Assembly (NCBI RefSeq): GCF_009914755.1
Contig: NC_060930.1
Strand: one strand, 5' to 3'
Origin: the human T2T-CHM13v2.0 reference genome, Homo sapiens
Length of the DNA stretch: 64,000 nucleotides
A program made the position numbers and the translations under genes. Each line of letters begins with the position of its first letter. The stretch's first letter is position 1. Below are positions 44,758-61,585 of the stretch, piece by piece. The notes under the pieces were generated by a model. The model was not told the origin of the DNA. It saw only the letters and a list, made by a program, of their open reading frames with translations, and made no database searches.

Positions 44758-47700
44758 CTGAGGGGAAAAAACGTTTAAAATATATTTCAATGGTTATTAT
44801 GACAAAAATGGAAAAGGTATCACTAAGTATCCAGTATAACACATATGAATACTAACCATTACAACAATACATATTAATCATACATTACCCAGAACATGTT
44901 TGTATATATGTACAAAATATATTTCCCACATCATGGCTGATTTTTCTATCACTTAAACTTTGATTTTATATAGAAAAGATAGGAAACTAGTTGAAATACA
45001 GAAATTACATCAATAAAAGAATATAAGGTTTAAAGAGGATTAAGACATCTGGCTGAGTTGACAGTTTTATTAAACCTATCAAAATATGACATCAATCCCC
45101 ATTCAATGTATAAAAATCAAAATTTGAATACAGTGAAATTCTAAAATATTAAATCACTTTGTTAAAATGATTTTTGTTAAAACCTAGATGAAAGTTGTTT
45201 TAAGACATACTAAGAAATCATCAAAGTACTAATAAAACCACATCTAATCACAAAGCACTCACATTTGCGTCCATGTCTAGAATGACTTTAAGAAAAGCTT
45301 GTGATAACAACAGGGTATATACATAATCTGCTGCTCCCTCATCTTGCCTACATGTTTAAGACTGACTTCTGGATCAATTCATTTATATATTCGTTCGACT
45401 ATTAATCAAGTATCGACAATAGATCAGGTTCCATGCTGGGATGCCAGATGTACCCACCGAGGCTCACAACGTGGCAGCCTTTGCTGGCGCCCCCTGCCCC
45501 ATTTGCAGGATGAAATCCAAGCATGTCTATGAACTGAATCTGCTTGTCCCTCAGGGCTCATTTCTGCCACTCTAGGCATGAAACCTGACGCTTCGGCAGC
45601 CTCAAAGGGACTATACTGTCTCGCATGTTGGTCTCCACCATCTTGGGGTTTACTTTGTTCGTCTGATTTGCCGCCCCCTCTAAGATGTGTCCCCTACCCC
45701 AAAACACTGGACAAGCCCAACTCATAAGGTATAAACCAGACACAGATCATTTGATAGGGTAGTATCTCTTTAACAGTTACGCAGTGGGGAAAACACTCCT
45801 ACCCCAAAAGAATTTTAATGTGGGTAGGTCCGATGACTTTGGTATTCTCTGGGAGAGTCTTGCTGTCTCCTCATTACAAACACAGCCTCAATTCAGAAAT
45901 TAGGCAGCTTAGTTCGTGATCCACACTCCAACTTCACCCAAAGGTAACATTTTTTTCTTCCCTCTTCCCAGCCAAGGTCAATAGTTAATAGGCTGCTTAC
46001 TCGTTTGGGGGAAAAATGGCAGCTCTCTCGTAGAGGTTAAGGGTGGGATGGACAGAGAGACAAGAATGGAATGTCCTTCGGGGCCTGTGCCTGGTACTGC
46101 CATAGGTGGTCTGTGCTCTCTGCCTGCCAGGTATTCGAACCTACTTGAGTCTTGGGGGCATTTTCACGGGTTCCCTAAAGGGCTCTGGAGGACTCCTCCA
46201 GCCATGACTCATGGATGCATCTGCTTCCTATTGCCACTCCTCAGCCTCCAGTGGTCTCAGTCTTACCGCAGACACTCCCTGCTGGAGCCCCTCCACGTTC
46301 AGGTGACCAGTGCCCATAGGCACAACTTCCAATGGCCTGGAGCCCACTCTCTCTAGCAAGGTGCTTGCACACCTGGACATGGAGAACACCCCTAAAATGC
46401 AGCCACCTCTACTGTCCATGCAGGCTCTGTGTCTCACAGCTGCAGGGAACACTGTCACCTGGAGGTCCCACTCACCAGGCCTCAGTGAAGACGGTCACAT
46501 GCTCTGCATCCTCCCACTTCATGGCCTACCCCAGCTCTCCCCACAGATATCTCTGCACAAACCCTCCTTGCCTCTCTACACATCCTCTCCCTCTGTGGTC
46601 CCTAGAAGAACAGGGAATGTGAGCTGCAAAACCAGATCTCGAGGAGTTCCTCTATCAACCCTGCACAGCGAGACGCCACTCACTCCAAAGTCTAATGCCT
46701 ACTGCGTGAGCATCTCAGCCAGGACAGGGCGTCCCATTCACATTCGGTAACACTGTCCTTCTTCACTATGTTCCTTTTTTGACTGGGTGGGGGATGCCTT
46801 GCTTAGAATGATGATAACAGAAAAGAAGACAGATGAGATTTTGGGAGGTGGCACCACTTCCACCGAGACTGAGTCGATCGTGCATCTTTTCTCACTAGCT
46901 TCACGAGTTAAAAGATTTATAGTCTGAATCCTCCCGATACATGCATGTGGCATTCATTACTTGCTGGTCCTTTTCACCGGTCAGCAGTCTCTGGGAGGGA
47001 GGTGGAGAACTTTGAGTTTTTAGAAGTTTATTTTGGTTTGGATTCTTCATGCTGGTTCTCATACTTTACTTAGTAAGAAAATCCTTTCACCTTTGGAAGT
47101 TTTTCTCACTTTATTTATCTGCACCCCATGCCTCCAAGTTAGAGCTTTGGGGGAATATAGAGACTGAGTGGAGGCTTAGGCTAAGCTGTGACATGCTGAA
47201 CCCCGGCTAAGTGACCCAGAAGTGCCTCCTTCTGCAGTCCTGCTCTAACCGGCAGGCAGCATCTGCCTGGAGCACTGTGTGAGGGATCACGGGCTTTGTC
47301 TCAACTCAGCTAGAAAGAATGACATGACCAATTAGTAAGGCGTGTCATCGCGGGCAGAAGTCATGGTGGCTGCAGACCATGTTTCTGTCGACCTTCCTTC
47401 TAGACACGGCCATTCAATGTGGTGTCTCACACTTCACTTGGTCAGAGAGTTAAATGGTCTGAACAGAATCAAAATGCGCTACTGGTATCAACTAAGTTCC
47501 TACTAACAACAGTCTTCACACCTGATTTAAGTACAAGACATCCTCATCCAGCAGGGATCAAGTCCAAGTAACCTAAGGACACAGCTGAGAAAAAAGAAAC
47601 GAAAGAAGGCTGAGAAGTCAAACAGCTTCTGTGCCCCTCCCCCACGCCCATGGTGCTGCGCTGTGCCTCGGTGTTTCTCTGCCCATAATCGAACAGGGAA

Positions 47701-48829
47701 TGAACGGCAGTTGCTAGCGTTAAGAGCTGATGATGTGAAGAAAGGATCTGTGACACAATGGTAGCAAGTAACGCAAGAAAGTATAAAATGCAGACACAAA
47801 ACTCAAAAATACAGCAGCTGCATGCCCTGGAGAAACGGCTAAGAACACACAGTCCCCATGGGTCTGGCAGCTACGTCATACTCCACGTGTTTAGCCAAAA
47901 TAAAAAATGTTTTAAAAAACAGAATGTACACAGCACATACAGAAAAGGCTCTGTCCTAAACAGTTACAATGCTTAAATTGGTGGTACTGATGGTACTGAA
48001 CAATGTAAACCAGCAGCTCAGAGCTTTCCATTCTGTACTCCATTTTTAAAATTCCCCTGATACTTAAACTCTGGTAACATCTCACTTACAATGCATTACT
48101 AAATTGTTATTTTTACAAATCTAAACTGCTCTCAGTTATATCATAACATAAAGGCCTGATGTCTAGTGGAGGGCTCCAGGAGAGGGACTGTTAAGATTTT
48201 AAGAAACTCTCCTACCCCCAGGAGTCCCTCCCTCCCTCATCCTCAGAAGGAGCAGGGATGGGTCTAGCCAGTCCCTAGCAGTGGGGCCCCTGGCCAGAAA
48301 GCAGTGGGTCTGGTGAGGTCCCCACTGGCCCTGCACTCCCAGCTCTTCAGCCATGAACATCCCGTGCACCACAGGCCGCTGGGAGGACACGGGTGGCAGA
48401 GCCTGAGACTTGGCTTCTGCATTGGAGTGAGCAGGGAGGCCCAAGCCCCTGGAGCTGGATTCTGAGATTCGAGCCCCACCCACCCGCCAGCACCCCTACC
48501 CGGATGCGTCGTTCCTTCAGGCCCCTGAACTGGGCCAGGTACAATTTGAAAAGCACTACATCTCTTGGTCAAAATACCACCTCCCCTAAGACGGAGCTGA
48601 TTATTCTGAGAGTTCTTACTGAAGACATTAAAACTCTTTCACTGATCTTAATTGGAAGACATGTATTGAGACTTATAGCAGAAATCAGCCTTACAAGAAC
48701 AAGACAGACATTATTTTCAAGATGGTGAAATTCTAACACAGATGTCAAATAATCTTCCCCAAATCACACCATTAAGGCCAGGACTAACCTTGCCCGGACA
48801 CACAGAGCCTGTTTCTAGTGGACACTGTT

Positions 48830-49290
48830 GGCTATGACCCACCAATCACCCTGGACCCTCTCTGCTGAAACACAGCCCCCCAATTGCCCCTTAACTGGGG
48901 AGAGATCAACCACCATAAGCCAACCGCGCTTGTCATATTCCCCCTGCTCTTGATTGGATAAACTTGTTTTTGAACAGTGATGTCGGAGGAAGGTCTGTTG
49001 GAGCACATCTGGGAAAGGTCTCCATACTTTCAAGAAGGGAAACCAAGAAGAGACACCATCTTTCTGCCTGAGAACATCATTATGTCCAGTTTCAACCACA
49101 ATTGCTAAGGAAATGTGTTTTATGCTAAGGGCAACAGAACAGCCAGCAAACCCAGGCTCCTCACATCTTGGTGACATGACTGACTCAACCAACCTTTGGA
49201 GTCTGCCATCAATGAATATTGTATATTATGAAAAAGTAGATTTTATTTTTGTTTAAATCAATCTTAATTGCAGGTGAAGGCATCCTGATT
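48830..49290 (+). mobile_element. Old MLT1 (J/K-like) LTR
   Basis: Degenerate motifs catctgggaaaggt..., 3' ttgcaggtgaaggcatcctgat; boundaries approximate. Confidence 0.5.
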
Positions 49291-51813
49291 CCATATTCTA
49301 TTGCAAAATATATGCCTAAATATACTGATCTTTTATGCAAACACCTCAAAAATGTGAAATAAATGAGTTGGAAAAAACAAAAAAATGAATACCAATGCCA
49401 GAGTCCATGAAGCTCCATGGGTAACACAGCTGCAAAAGTACAGGTGGCTCATCTCAGTATTCCCAACGGGAAGCAGCAGTAATAAGCAGTGGCTAAGAGC
49501 ACAGGCTCTGGGTTCAATCTCGATGTTTGCTCAATCCACCTGTATAATCTCGAGAAGTTATTCCATTATGAATGGATCACCATACCTTCCTCTTAGGAAT
49601 GTTTTGAAGATCAGAGTAGATAATGCTTGTGGAAGCCTAGCAGTTTCTGACACATGATAAATGCTCAAAAATGTTATTTGCTATTATTTTTATTATTTAT
49701 ACTTATTTATATCTTACAGACTAATTTCCTAAGTATTATTTGATTCCCATGACAATAACTGAGTTAAATATTTCCATGTTCCAGATGAGGAAATGGCCTC
49801 TGAGAGGTTATATGTAAACAGTCGAGATTTGAACCTGGTACTTCTACTGTCAAACAGAGAACCAGAGGGTTTTAGGTGGGAAATACGATCACAACTACAA
49901 ATCCGTAAAGATGACAATGCAGGAGAGTGCGAAAGGGGAGCTGCTTTCAAATGAAGAGAATTGCTAATGCCCTTAATAACAGTAACAGGAAAGGAAGAGG
50001 TAGTATATCAACACAGCTAATGAAGCACGGAGTAAAAACTCTTACGTTTGTTCAGAATAACTGGATTTCGGATTCTACATTTCCAAGTGAAGTCCCGGCT
50101 CAGACATATCAGAAAAAGCAACATACGCTCTGAGTAATTCAAACCAAGCCTGCATTTTAAATCCACTAGCACAGAGTTAGGACTGAAAGTGACAGAGACC
50201 CTACTGTGTAAACTCACGAAATGTTTTCATCGAGGAATCGAAACACACAGTTTCAGTCACGGACAATTCCTGCCACCCTGAACAGATATGTTTTCCATTA
50301 GATGGCAGTGTAAGGTCAGATTTAAACCTTCTAAAAAACAGCTAGCCCCAAGCCAGGAGAAGACACAGGCCTGTGGACTGAGCGAAGAGACACAAACAGG
50401 CACGTTCTTCACACTTCAGCACTTGCTTTCCAGTATGAGGACTCTCTGCAGCAATGACCCATGCAGCATGCAAATCAATGGGACTCCTTCTGAGACAGCC
50501 CCAGCCACCCCACACACAGTGAGGCCTGGCTGCAGCGGTGTTATTCCGCGCTTGCGGCAAAGAGAACACACTTTCTTGATTTGGCGGATGGAAGACGGAG
50601 GGGGGAGGCCAACAGTGAAAGTGGGCATTGCTAGTTCTTTGTGTGCATGCTACACATATCTCTCGTAGCTTTCAATTTTTACCAACATTGTTTACACTCT
50701 GTTGTATTACGTATTATAAGTTTGTTTCCGTTCTTTTTTTTTTTTTTTTTTTTTTGTCTGACCTAGTTTCTGGACTTGAAGGCGTTCTCATTGCCCATCT
50801 ATTTTTACACAAGTTCTAAAGGTAAAGTCACCTAAGGCTCTTTTCTTCTGCACTCATATTAAGAATTAATTTGCCGTCAGTTTTCCTGTTTTAAAATACA
50901 GTCTTCTAAATGTGGTGGGAAAATTGAAATTGGTCTTTTCTTTCTGTTTGAAGCCAGGCCGATTCGAAGAAAATCAGGTTTGCATCGCCCATAACACCCA
51001 TGTAGAAATAAAACAGACACTAGTGGTGCAACAACTGACTCTTCTAGACAGCCATTCCCAGGTAATAAGTCACAAAAACAGTTGAGATCATATAAAAACA
51101 GTACAAAGCTCCTGACTTCTGCCCCTGCGCCCATATACAGACCGTCTCCTACACATTACCCATAAATACCCTCTTGTTAGGCAATTGAGTATTGATTTCA
51201 AGAAACAAAGCCTAGCAAAGGTTCTTACTTAACATGAACCTGTTTTTACCTTCCTTTTTGGTTTAAATAGTTTGTCAGCATTACAACTGAAGTCATGCAA
51301 AGACCACATATATTTGTGACAACTGCCATCGTAAAGCAGAAATATAGACTTTTTACAAGCAAATCCTAGTCTCAATTCAAAGTGAAGTTATTTTTTCTGA
51401 GCAATTAGTAACATTTTTATAAGTATCATGACACCCTGTGTGCAAAAACATCAGTTAAAAATTTAGGAATATGAAGGGTCTTAACAGTCAAAGACAGCCA
51501 ACAAATGCCACGTTGTTAAACTTGCAGGCTGAAAGAAAAAAGCATGCAGCCTGGGTCCACCGGTAAAATATTTATTAAACTCTGACTCACCCCAAAGAGC
51601 CACAAGGCAACCGTACTGTGTTACTCTCACTGGCTTTGCCATCTTCAGCTGAACCGGACACCACACGCAGGGCCCCTCACGTTCCCAGTGTGCACGCTAG
51701 ACCGTCAGCTGTCGAGAATTTATCACCACAAACTGACTTCTCTCCTGAAGGCTGCCTCCCCACTGCAATCTGATAACTCACTAGGACCACAGCACTCACA
51801 AATTCTTCAAACC

Positions 51814-52171
<358 letters not shown>

Positions 52172-55046
52172 TGACATTTTCAAAAAGTAGGTGCTCTCTA
52201 GGTTTTTAATTATTTTTTTAAAAGCCCCAAATGACATTAATAAACAGAACTAAAAGACAGTAGGGATCCTGACCTGAGTACAATACCATCCTCTACCAAA
52301 GCCTTCATCTGAAAAATAGTAAGTAAATCAGCAAAATAAAACCCACATCAACATTCTACAGTCTGCCTTTCCTTCCTTTTATCTTTCTCTAAAACAAGAT
52401 TTATCTAACAGAGGTCAAAGAATTCAGTAAGATAAACACAGCTTTCTTGACAGTATCCAAAAAAAAAAAAAAAAAAGAAGCCTGGAAAAGCATTTTTCTG
52501 GCCAAAAGCATTATCTTCTCTTGGTTTCTACACCTATTCTTACTTTCATCTTTCATTTTCTTGCTTCCTGGAATCTCTACATCTAGCCTCTCTTTCTTTT
52601 GAAAGTCTTTTGCCAAACACTTTCAGACGGACAGAAGGATGACTGGATGTCTGTTCACGGCCTAAAGGGCCCTCCCCGTGTTCCCTGATGCTACAGGATC
52701 CGCGCCTTTCTCTGATCATTGGCTATTCTGAGTCTCTATTAGAAAGACAGAGCTGGCTTGTGGAGGGCTAATGGCGATGCCAGGGATTCCTGTCCACAGA
52801 AATGCACATCAGGTGAGGATACCACTGGCTCCTCCGAGACGGAGTGACGGTCTTGCATCTTTCGGCATTTCTCATTGCGTATGTCTCCCCTCTGGACTTT
52901 CCTTTGGGCTGGATTTAACATCTTATTGGTTCTTTCCTTAATTATGAGTTAAATAAAAGCTCTGACATCTATTTATTTTATATTTGTATAAGAATCATGA
53001 TTTTCCCTTTTTCAAAAATTATCCTTTAATATTTTACTTTATCCCATGGCTGAGCAAATATTTCTGAAACTTAAGTAACAATCTGTACAGTAACATCAAA
53101 ATCTGTTAATTTTATTCCCACTGAAGTACTTATTGGATAAATGTACATAATGTTATTTTAAAATTTTAAAACACTTTAGTACCCTGGAATCTTAAGTCAT
53201 TAAACAAAAACTTTTCCTATGTGGCAGAACAATGAATAGTATATATCCAAGAAGAGCAAAGAATCCTGTAAGGATGAACACTTGTGAGGCACTTGCTATG
53301 CTCCAAGTTGTTTACCTCCTCACTTCCTGATTCCTCGCATCGACCCTAAGGAACAGGTACTGCATTGTACACCTGAGGAAACTGAGGCAAAAGGAATCTA
53401 AGTAACTTACTCAATGTCATATTGCTAGTAAGTGGCACAGCCCAAGTTCAAATTGAGAGAGTTTTGCCCCACACAAAATCAAACTACCTCTCAGAGAAGA
53501 AAAGAACATTTTAAGAAAGCTAAGTACTTTCAGTGCCATTATTCTTCACTGCCATTACCAATCTCATCAAATAATTAACCTGACACTTATTAGGAACACT
53601 GCTGTTAGACGCAGTTCAGGCCAAACCACACTGTGGGCAGCAGCAACAGGAATAATAAAGAGAGTCAAAGGCTGAGAAGGTGTGGGGAGGTAGAGAGAAC
53701 AGGGGTGGGGGTAAACACCAAAACAGAAGTTGAAGAAATCACGTTTATGATAGTAAACGTCTGAATGAACCCTAACTGATAATTTTGTCCAAGTCTCATA
53801 CTAAATATATTTTGTATATCTCCATATTCCTTTTGCCCATGTATAAAACTGGCTCTTGGTTATGAAGAGCAGCTCAGAGGGCCTCCTGCTCCACACTTCT
53901 GAGGCAGGTTGGAAAGAGACTGGCTTTCCAGAGCCTTGAAGCACCCATAAGGGGCTTACTATCAACTGCAAGTCTATTCATGCTTAAAACTGTGCTCAAA
54001 TAAATACCCAACTGTTACCATTATTTTCTAAACCTTCTCAATCTTTGAACTCTTAATTTTGGAGGCACTGGAATCCTTAAACGGCTCTAGAATGACCCAT
54101 ACTGCAAAAATGTTTCAAAGATGTTACCTAGAACAGTCAAAGCTCACGTGAAGCTGCTAAGCCCCAGACTTTTTCAACACGTGCTACTTTCCCAAGACAA
54201 ACATGCTACTTCCCCTCAGCCAGGGGCAAACCCCAGCAGGTGAAAATGAAACTAATGATCTTCAAGAGTAGGCTTGAAGATTATATATAGAGAGATTATT
54301 GGAGAATTTTCCCCATTCCTAGAAAACCCTAAACTAAAACCATGGTTAAAGTATTAACAGTGCTAATTTGTCACTTTTGGTAAGAGTTTACAGAGCAATA
54401 CTCAGTATACAATTCCATAAGCAGAAGCACTAAGGCCAGAAGATAAATTAGCTGCGATTAACACATTAGGTGAATTGTTTAAGTAGAAAGGCACTAATTA
54501 TAAAAGTTACTAAAACACTGTACTAGGAATTCAGAAAAAAACTCTAGATTCAGTTATAAGGCATCTTGAAAGATATCATTTACCTGGCAGAATTCTGATG
54601 ATTAAAGTTAAATAAGTCTGGATTAAGCAAGAATGAGTAGACATTATAGACAAAATTAAAGACCAGATTAGACCTGGCTATTCTAAAATACTTCTAGAAA
54701 AATCAAAAAAACAGATTATGTATGCTATTTTGACTTCAGGTGCCATCTACCTATTTAAACTTAACCATCTCTAGACAACATACTAAAGACTTTTCTTTTT
54801 CACAAAATGCAAAATCAAAAAACTGAAGAGGTAAAAGTAGTTTTAGCCACAAGTTTTAACTAACTGCAAAGTTTACTTGCAGCATAGCTAACAAGGCTTC
54901 ATAAATAACACCCATCTCCAAACAACTGAGGTGTCTTCAACTGTGTTTCCTGGGATGTTTCTGGAGTTTGAGTCCCTTTCCTGTAAGTATATAAAACTTT
55001 TCAGGAACTGAAAAATAAAGAAGACTGAAAGCAAGATGGTACTCAC

Positions 55047-55173
55047 TTTTCAATCTCAATGCCAAGCGGGTTAGCAGGACGTAAGGACAAGGGCGGAATT
55101 CCTTTGTTCCTGTCAGTGCGCATATCATAATAATTCATTTCATCAACCCACACAGCAGACTGATCCAAAATGC
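55047..55173 (-). CDS. EXOC2: EXOC2 exon 4 (127 nt; [16 protein letters not shown]...GIEIEK)
   Basis: tctgtag| acceptor, GAAAA|gtgagt donor; not covered correctly by the ORF track. Confidence 0.96.
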
Positions 55174-56469
55174 CTACAGAAATGAGGAGCATATGCTTAA
55201 TAAGATGAAGCCTACCCCAGGCACCTTCTACGTCTGGCCTATTGTCTGACTTCTTAAAGACCTAATACAAAATGCCTGTTGGATAATCTTTAAGAGATTT
55301 GAGGACATAACAGCTAAATTTTTAAAAAATGACTAGTAGTTTAATTATAAGCACTAAAAAAATTTATAAAAAGGCAAAAATTACACCTCTCAGCTTATGG
55401 TTTCATTGTACATTACTCAACAGAGAAGACAAATTAAGCTGCTTAGACAAAGTTTTGCAATAACAAACATATTTTACAAATAATAAACACTACAATTAAA
55501 CATTGTTAAATGTAGCTGATTAAATCTGCACAAAAAATTCAGAAAGTCAGTAAGATGAAATAATATGACCTATAATATCTGTTTATTCAAGAGAATATTC
55601 TGAAATCATGTAAACTCTTGGAAAATGTCTGGGAAATATCCAAGCACAAAACATTCGAGTAAAATGTTAGCTCAGTGGAAAGCTTCTGGTTTATGATAAA
55701 TGCCGAAAAACCATTATGCATATATGATTTTATATTTAATACTGTGAGTTTCTGCTTCTGGGTTCCATAAGCTACCTAAGGACATTTCACTACAAATGAA
55801 AACCAAATGTTTTTTAAATGGTTCTTGAAAGCTCTCAAGAAATATCTTTTATTTTCTTTTCCTCTACAAACTCTGGCATGTTTTCATGAATAGTTATGCA
55901 AAAATAATATGCTACTTGCTATTTCTCATTCTTTTTGCTGTTATCAGTGCTGGAAATGTCCTAGATGGTAGAAACAGCAGGGATTTTTTTCCGTATTAGG
56001 CTGAAATCAATTTGGTAAATTCAATAAAATATCTAACGATTAAATCAAACACCTTTCAAGGAACGCATGGCTTGTATAATGGAAATAACCAGGTTATTCA
56101 GGGAAAACTGACTGGGTGTGGACCCTGTGAACAAGACAACATAAGCTCTAAAAACAGCATCTTCCTTTATGGGACTGAACTCCGTTATCATTCAACCTAG
56201 CACAGGGCTTACCAGCTAGGCCTCCAAGGCCCTGGGCTGCAACAGAAAAAGAGCCAAGTGCCAGGGAGCACAGACAAAGCGTGCCTGCCTCCCCAGGCGA
56301 GGATCAGAAGGCTTCATGGGAGAAGGCTGTCTGAATACCAGGCAACCTGTAGCTGCAAGGCCCTCTATGAACCCACTCATTCTCTCAGCACTCGTGGTTC
56401 TGCCAGCATGCAACAGGGGCTTCTGCTCAAGTCCAGGCACTCTTGAGTTCAGTTCAAGAAAGCTTTACT

Positions 56470-56784
<315 letters not shown>

Positions 56785-57558
56785 TTACTAAGCCTACTAT
56801 GTGCTAGGTCCTGGAATGAGTATTCCAGAATAATAAAATTACCACTTTTGCCTAAGTTTTCTTTATCTGCTATATAAATAGATCATAAGATATTAGATTT
56901 TTATCAAAATGTTTAAGTCCCTCTAGAAAACTGTACAACAAGTTCCTGCTTTAGTTTCAGTTTAGTTTTTGAAGACACTAAATAAAAAGAGTAAACAAAA
57001 ATAGAAATGTTATATATGTATATATGTACACATGCACGTACATGTACATATATAAAGTCCACTCTGAATTTTCCCTGAAATTCCTTGAATTTTTATTTAT
57101 AAAAATAATCTAGGAATTTGTGGAGAACAATGCTGCAGAAAGCCTCTATGCTCTAAGATTAAAAAAACAATTTGCAAAATTATTTATTTTCTTTATAAAG
57201 AGAAGTACTGGCTGGGTTTAATTACGCCTCTGATATTCCTACATTATACAAATATTTATCAAATGCTGACCACGTGCAAGACATTACAGGACCACAAAGA
57301 TGAATCTGACATTACTCTTATTCTAAAAAGGGAAAGAGACATGCACAGAAATAGCTACAAGAAAGATCATCAGAAATTATTAATTTGCTGGGTAAGGGAC
57401 TATGCTAAGCACTTTACATTTATGTTCTAACTCACCCAATCCTATGAGGTAGCCAATATATTCCACTTTTGCTCATGGATAAAGAAGGTATTAAAGTTAC
57501 ATACTCAGTCATGGTAAGAGAGTCCAGGTTAGAATTCAAAGAGCATGACTTCTCAGAC

Positions 57559-57623
57559 CAAGTTCCTAACGCTGCTAACGTAAGGCAGCAAGTTCCTAAC
57601 ACTGCTAACGGAAGGCAGCAAGT
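57559..57623. repeat. 30-bp tandem duplication
   Basis: caagttcctaac(g/a)ctgctaacg(t/g)aaggcag x2. Confidence 0.9.
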
Positions 57624-58152
57624 GGTCAGCGCATAAAGAAGGAAAACAAAGTGCTATGTGGTTCAAAGAAGAGTGAGTATTACTAACAGGGGCGTTAAAA
57701 GCAGCCAAGCTAGGAAATGTATCATCTGGGCCTTGAAGGATGGATAAAATGAAGGAAAAGGGAATATTATTTAGATATATTATTACTAATTTGGCCAAAT
57801 CAGGATTTTTCACCTCAAATCTTGTTTAAGAGTTTAAAGCAATGTCATTATATTCAAGATCAAGGAACCAAAACTGGTATATCAAGTGAACGAACAGATT
57901 TTAAGAACTGAGAAGAGTAGTTCTCATACGATCGTCATCCTTAGGCTTCACTGACTGTTACCTCAGCACACTGCCTTCCCGAAAGTAACACAAATATTAA
58001 CCAACATCCCAATCCTGTCAAAATAAACATAAACTAAATCTAAGTTGAGATATGCAAGTAGGTAGGTTTTACACGAATCTACCAGCTTTACAGCTTAAAA
58101 GACAAACTCATTTTTACTTTCTTCTTTAGAATAAACCCATGAAAGACTTTAC

Positions 58153-58329
58153 CTATTTTCTCAGGTTTGAGTAGCTTGAAAGAGACTGTTGAGGTTCCTC
58201 TGCCACCTGACTTAGTGGTGACAATAATGTCTCCTTTGTCATTTTTGGCTTGTCCCACTCGACATACTATTTTACTTGCAGACATCCATTCTGCCGTCAG
58301 GAGGCAATTATGTCCACAAATGGTCAAGC
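58153..58329 (-). CDS. EXOC2: EXOC2 exon 3 (177 nt; [11 protein letters not shown]...KPEKI), IPT/TIG RalA-binding domain
   Basis: ttttcag| acceptor, ATAG|gtaaag donor, phase 1-1. Confidence 0.97.
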
Positions 58330-59185
58330 CTGAAAATAAACGCATGTGCATAACAAAATTCAAAGACAAGAACAATAAGACCTTAATCGTGTAGATTACA
58401 TTTTTTAAATCTAGTCTTGTTCAATAATGACATTATTGAATATACCCAATATTATTTGCAGATATACTGTTATCTCTATTGACTTTTCCTCTTACCTGTT
58501 TTTTTCTCCAATATTTAAGACTTCTTTTAGGCTACATTTGAGTTTCTTCAAACATCCGTAGAATTAGAAAACGAACACCACAACAACTATGTTCCAGGAA
58601 TTCCAGATTACTTAGATTACGAGAATCTTAAAATGCTTTCAGAGGTAATAAAAGGGAAACTACTGCTATTATTTGAAGTCTCAGTTATTAACATAGAATT
58701 TTAAAGTGTATTAATAAACGTATGTATCATTTTCTAAAAACATTCTACATTCACCCATCTTCCTGAGAAAAATCTTCACGTGCTTTTTCTAGTGTTCACT
58801 TATACATGGCATTACAGAATGAACTAAAGTAGGTTTTTTATTGAAGCATAACCAAGAGTCAGGTAATCTAGTGAAGTGTGCTCAGGCATTACTGGATTAC
58901 CATCTCACTTTTACATCGGTGTGTCAGCTGCTGGCATAGTAGTTCCTCCTGCCCTAGTGCTTTCCTAATGAAACTGTCACTACACTACATTCTGCTCTTA
59001 CAGTAAACCTACACTCCCAGAAGGTCAACTCATGATGTCACCTCCCTCATACCATGTAAAACAAAATTTAGGTAATAACCAAACAGAGAGGCACTGAAAG
59101 ATGCAGTGAGTAAGGCACACACCTCAGGGGGAATACCAGCATGGCACCACACTGGTCAGCTAGCCTTCCAACTTACTTCCTTTAG

Positions 59186-59643
<458 letters not shown>

Positions 59644-60990
59644 TAAGGTTTAGCAATGGCAATGTTTTCTTTCGGCTTTTTTTCAGATACCAGAAATATA
59701 TCACCTAATGCCAAATCTGACTTTAAAATGGAGGCACAAAGTCAAATCATCTTTTGTTCCAACTTAAAGAACTATTTAGTAAGAATGTTAAACCATAAAG
59801 GAATAAAAGCAACTATGCTTTAAAGATACATTGCTTGAAATAATGAATTTTAGGGGTTTCTCTAAAATACCTATAATTCACTAATGTCTGCAACTTTGTT
59901 TTTCTAATAATGGCATTAAAAGGTTTCCTCGGGACTATGGTTTCTATTGGTATATTTTAATTATAATAACACATTTTTAAATATATTCATTATTCAAAAT
60001 TATTTTTTTCAAAATGGGCATGTCTTTGATATTTTTTCTAATAATTTTTGTTATGAAAAACTTAAATAACTTAAGAGATTGAAAGCCTCTCCAAACTCCA
60101 CCTCGCGAGAGAAATACTGCTAACATGTCAATGTTCACTTGCTCAAGTGATTCTGTGCATATAAAAACCAGTCTATATGTTTTTTAAACAACTGTTTCAA
60201 TGTATAACCTGCTTAATTATTGACAGTAGATATTTTGGTATCACTCCAGGTCAACAGACAACTTAATATTTTTAAGTATTTTAATATCAGATTTTTGTGA
60301 TTTTAAATATTAACCCACTTCAGAATGAAGAATAACCCAACAATTAACGTCAGGTAGCAATGTAAAAATACAAATAGTATCTTCATTAAAGGAAAAAAGT
60401 CATCCCTAATGAAATTTCCTTGCTAGAGAACTACCTTATTTTTAAAACTGAGGAATAAGAGCAAATTTCAGATATAAAGTATTAAAACATGTTCACATGA
60501 GCAAACCTGAATGATATGCATGGAGGTCCACGTTGGCACAAAAGTGCCCCTAGAACAATAGCTTATTCATTGGGTCTCAGCTGCTTTCACGATTCCTCTG
60601 ATTTAATATCTTTTGTGCATTTTTACTCCAAAAAAATGAATAATCAGCAAATAATTCAAACACAGATTCAAGTAGATCATTTTAAATGTTATGAAAAGAA
60701 AAAAGATCGTTAAGACCTATTTCTTGATTTCTTAAGCACGTTTGCTAAGCTACGCTAAGAAATCTGCTTCATGAAATAAAATAGCACCTTTTAGAAAAAA
60801 AAAAGTAACTCATAGAATTCCAAGTAAAGTACTTTTTACAGTGCTTTGCTTGGCTAGTGTAGATATCATCTGAGTTAAAAACACTTAAATTATTTAGCAG
60901 GTTAAGTTTGCTTTTTTAAAAAATGGTTTCTTGGCAATATATAAGGCAGGTTGAAAGCTGAACTAGCATGGTTTAGAAAAGTAATACACA

Positions 60991-61313
<323 letters not shown>

Positions 61314-61585
61314 TTAGTCAAGTAAGAATAGCATTGCCTGAAGCTCAAACAAGATTAAAATTTACCTAGACTATTGTCATGTTTGGGAATGCACAATGAC
61401 TGCCAGCGAAAATTCTGGACGGAACCCCCACCTGTGTGAGTAGATTTCTATGCATTCTGGGGATTTTTACACTTAGGTAAAGAAACGTCTGGAATGAGCT
61501 TTATCAAAAACCAAGGCATAGGATTAGGTAAGACTACTTTTGCAGGAATAAATTGAAGTGATGTTTACTAAACAATCAAAAACTA

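Noticed and set aside
46048-46750. Overlapping 96-146 aa ORFs in a GC-richer block
   Set aside because: No splice or phase fit with EXOC2 and no recognisable domain; expected from base composition
46808-46927. RTGATGA...CTGA box C/D-like pattern
   Set aside because: Antisense to the host transcript and no terminal stem
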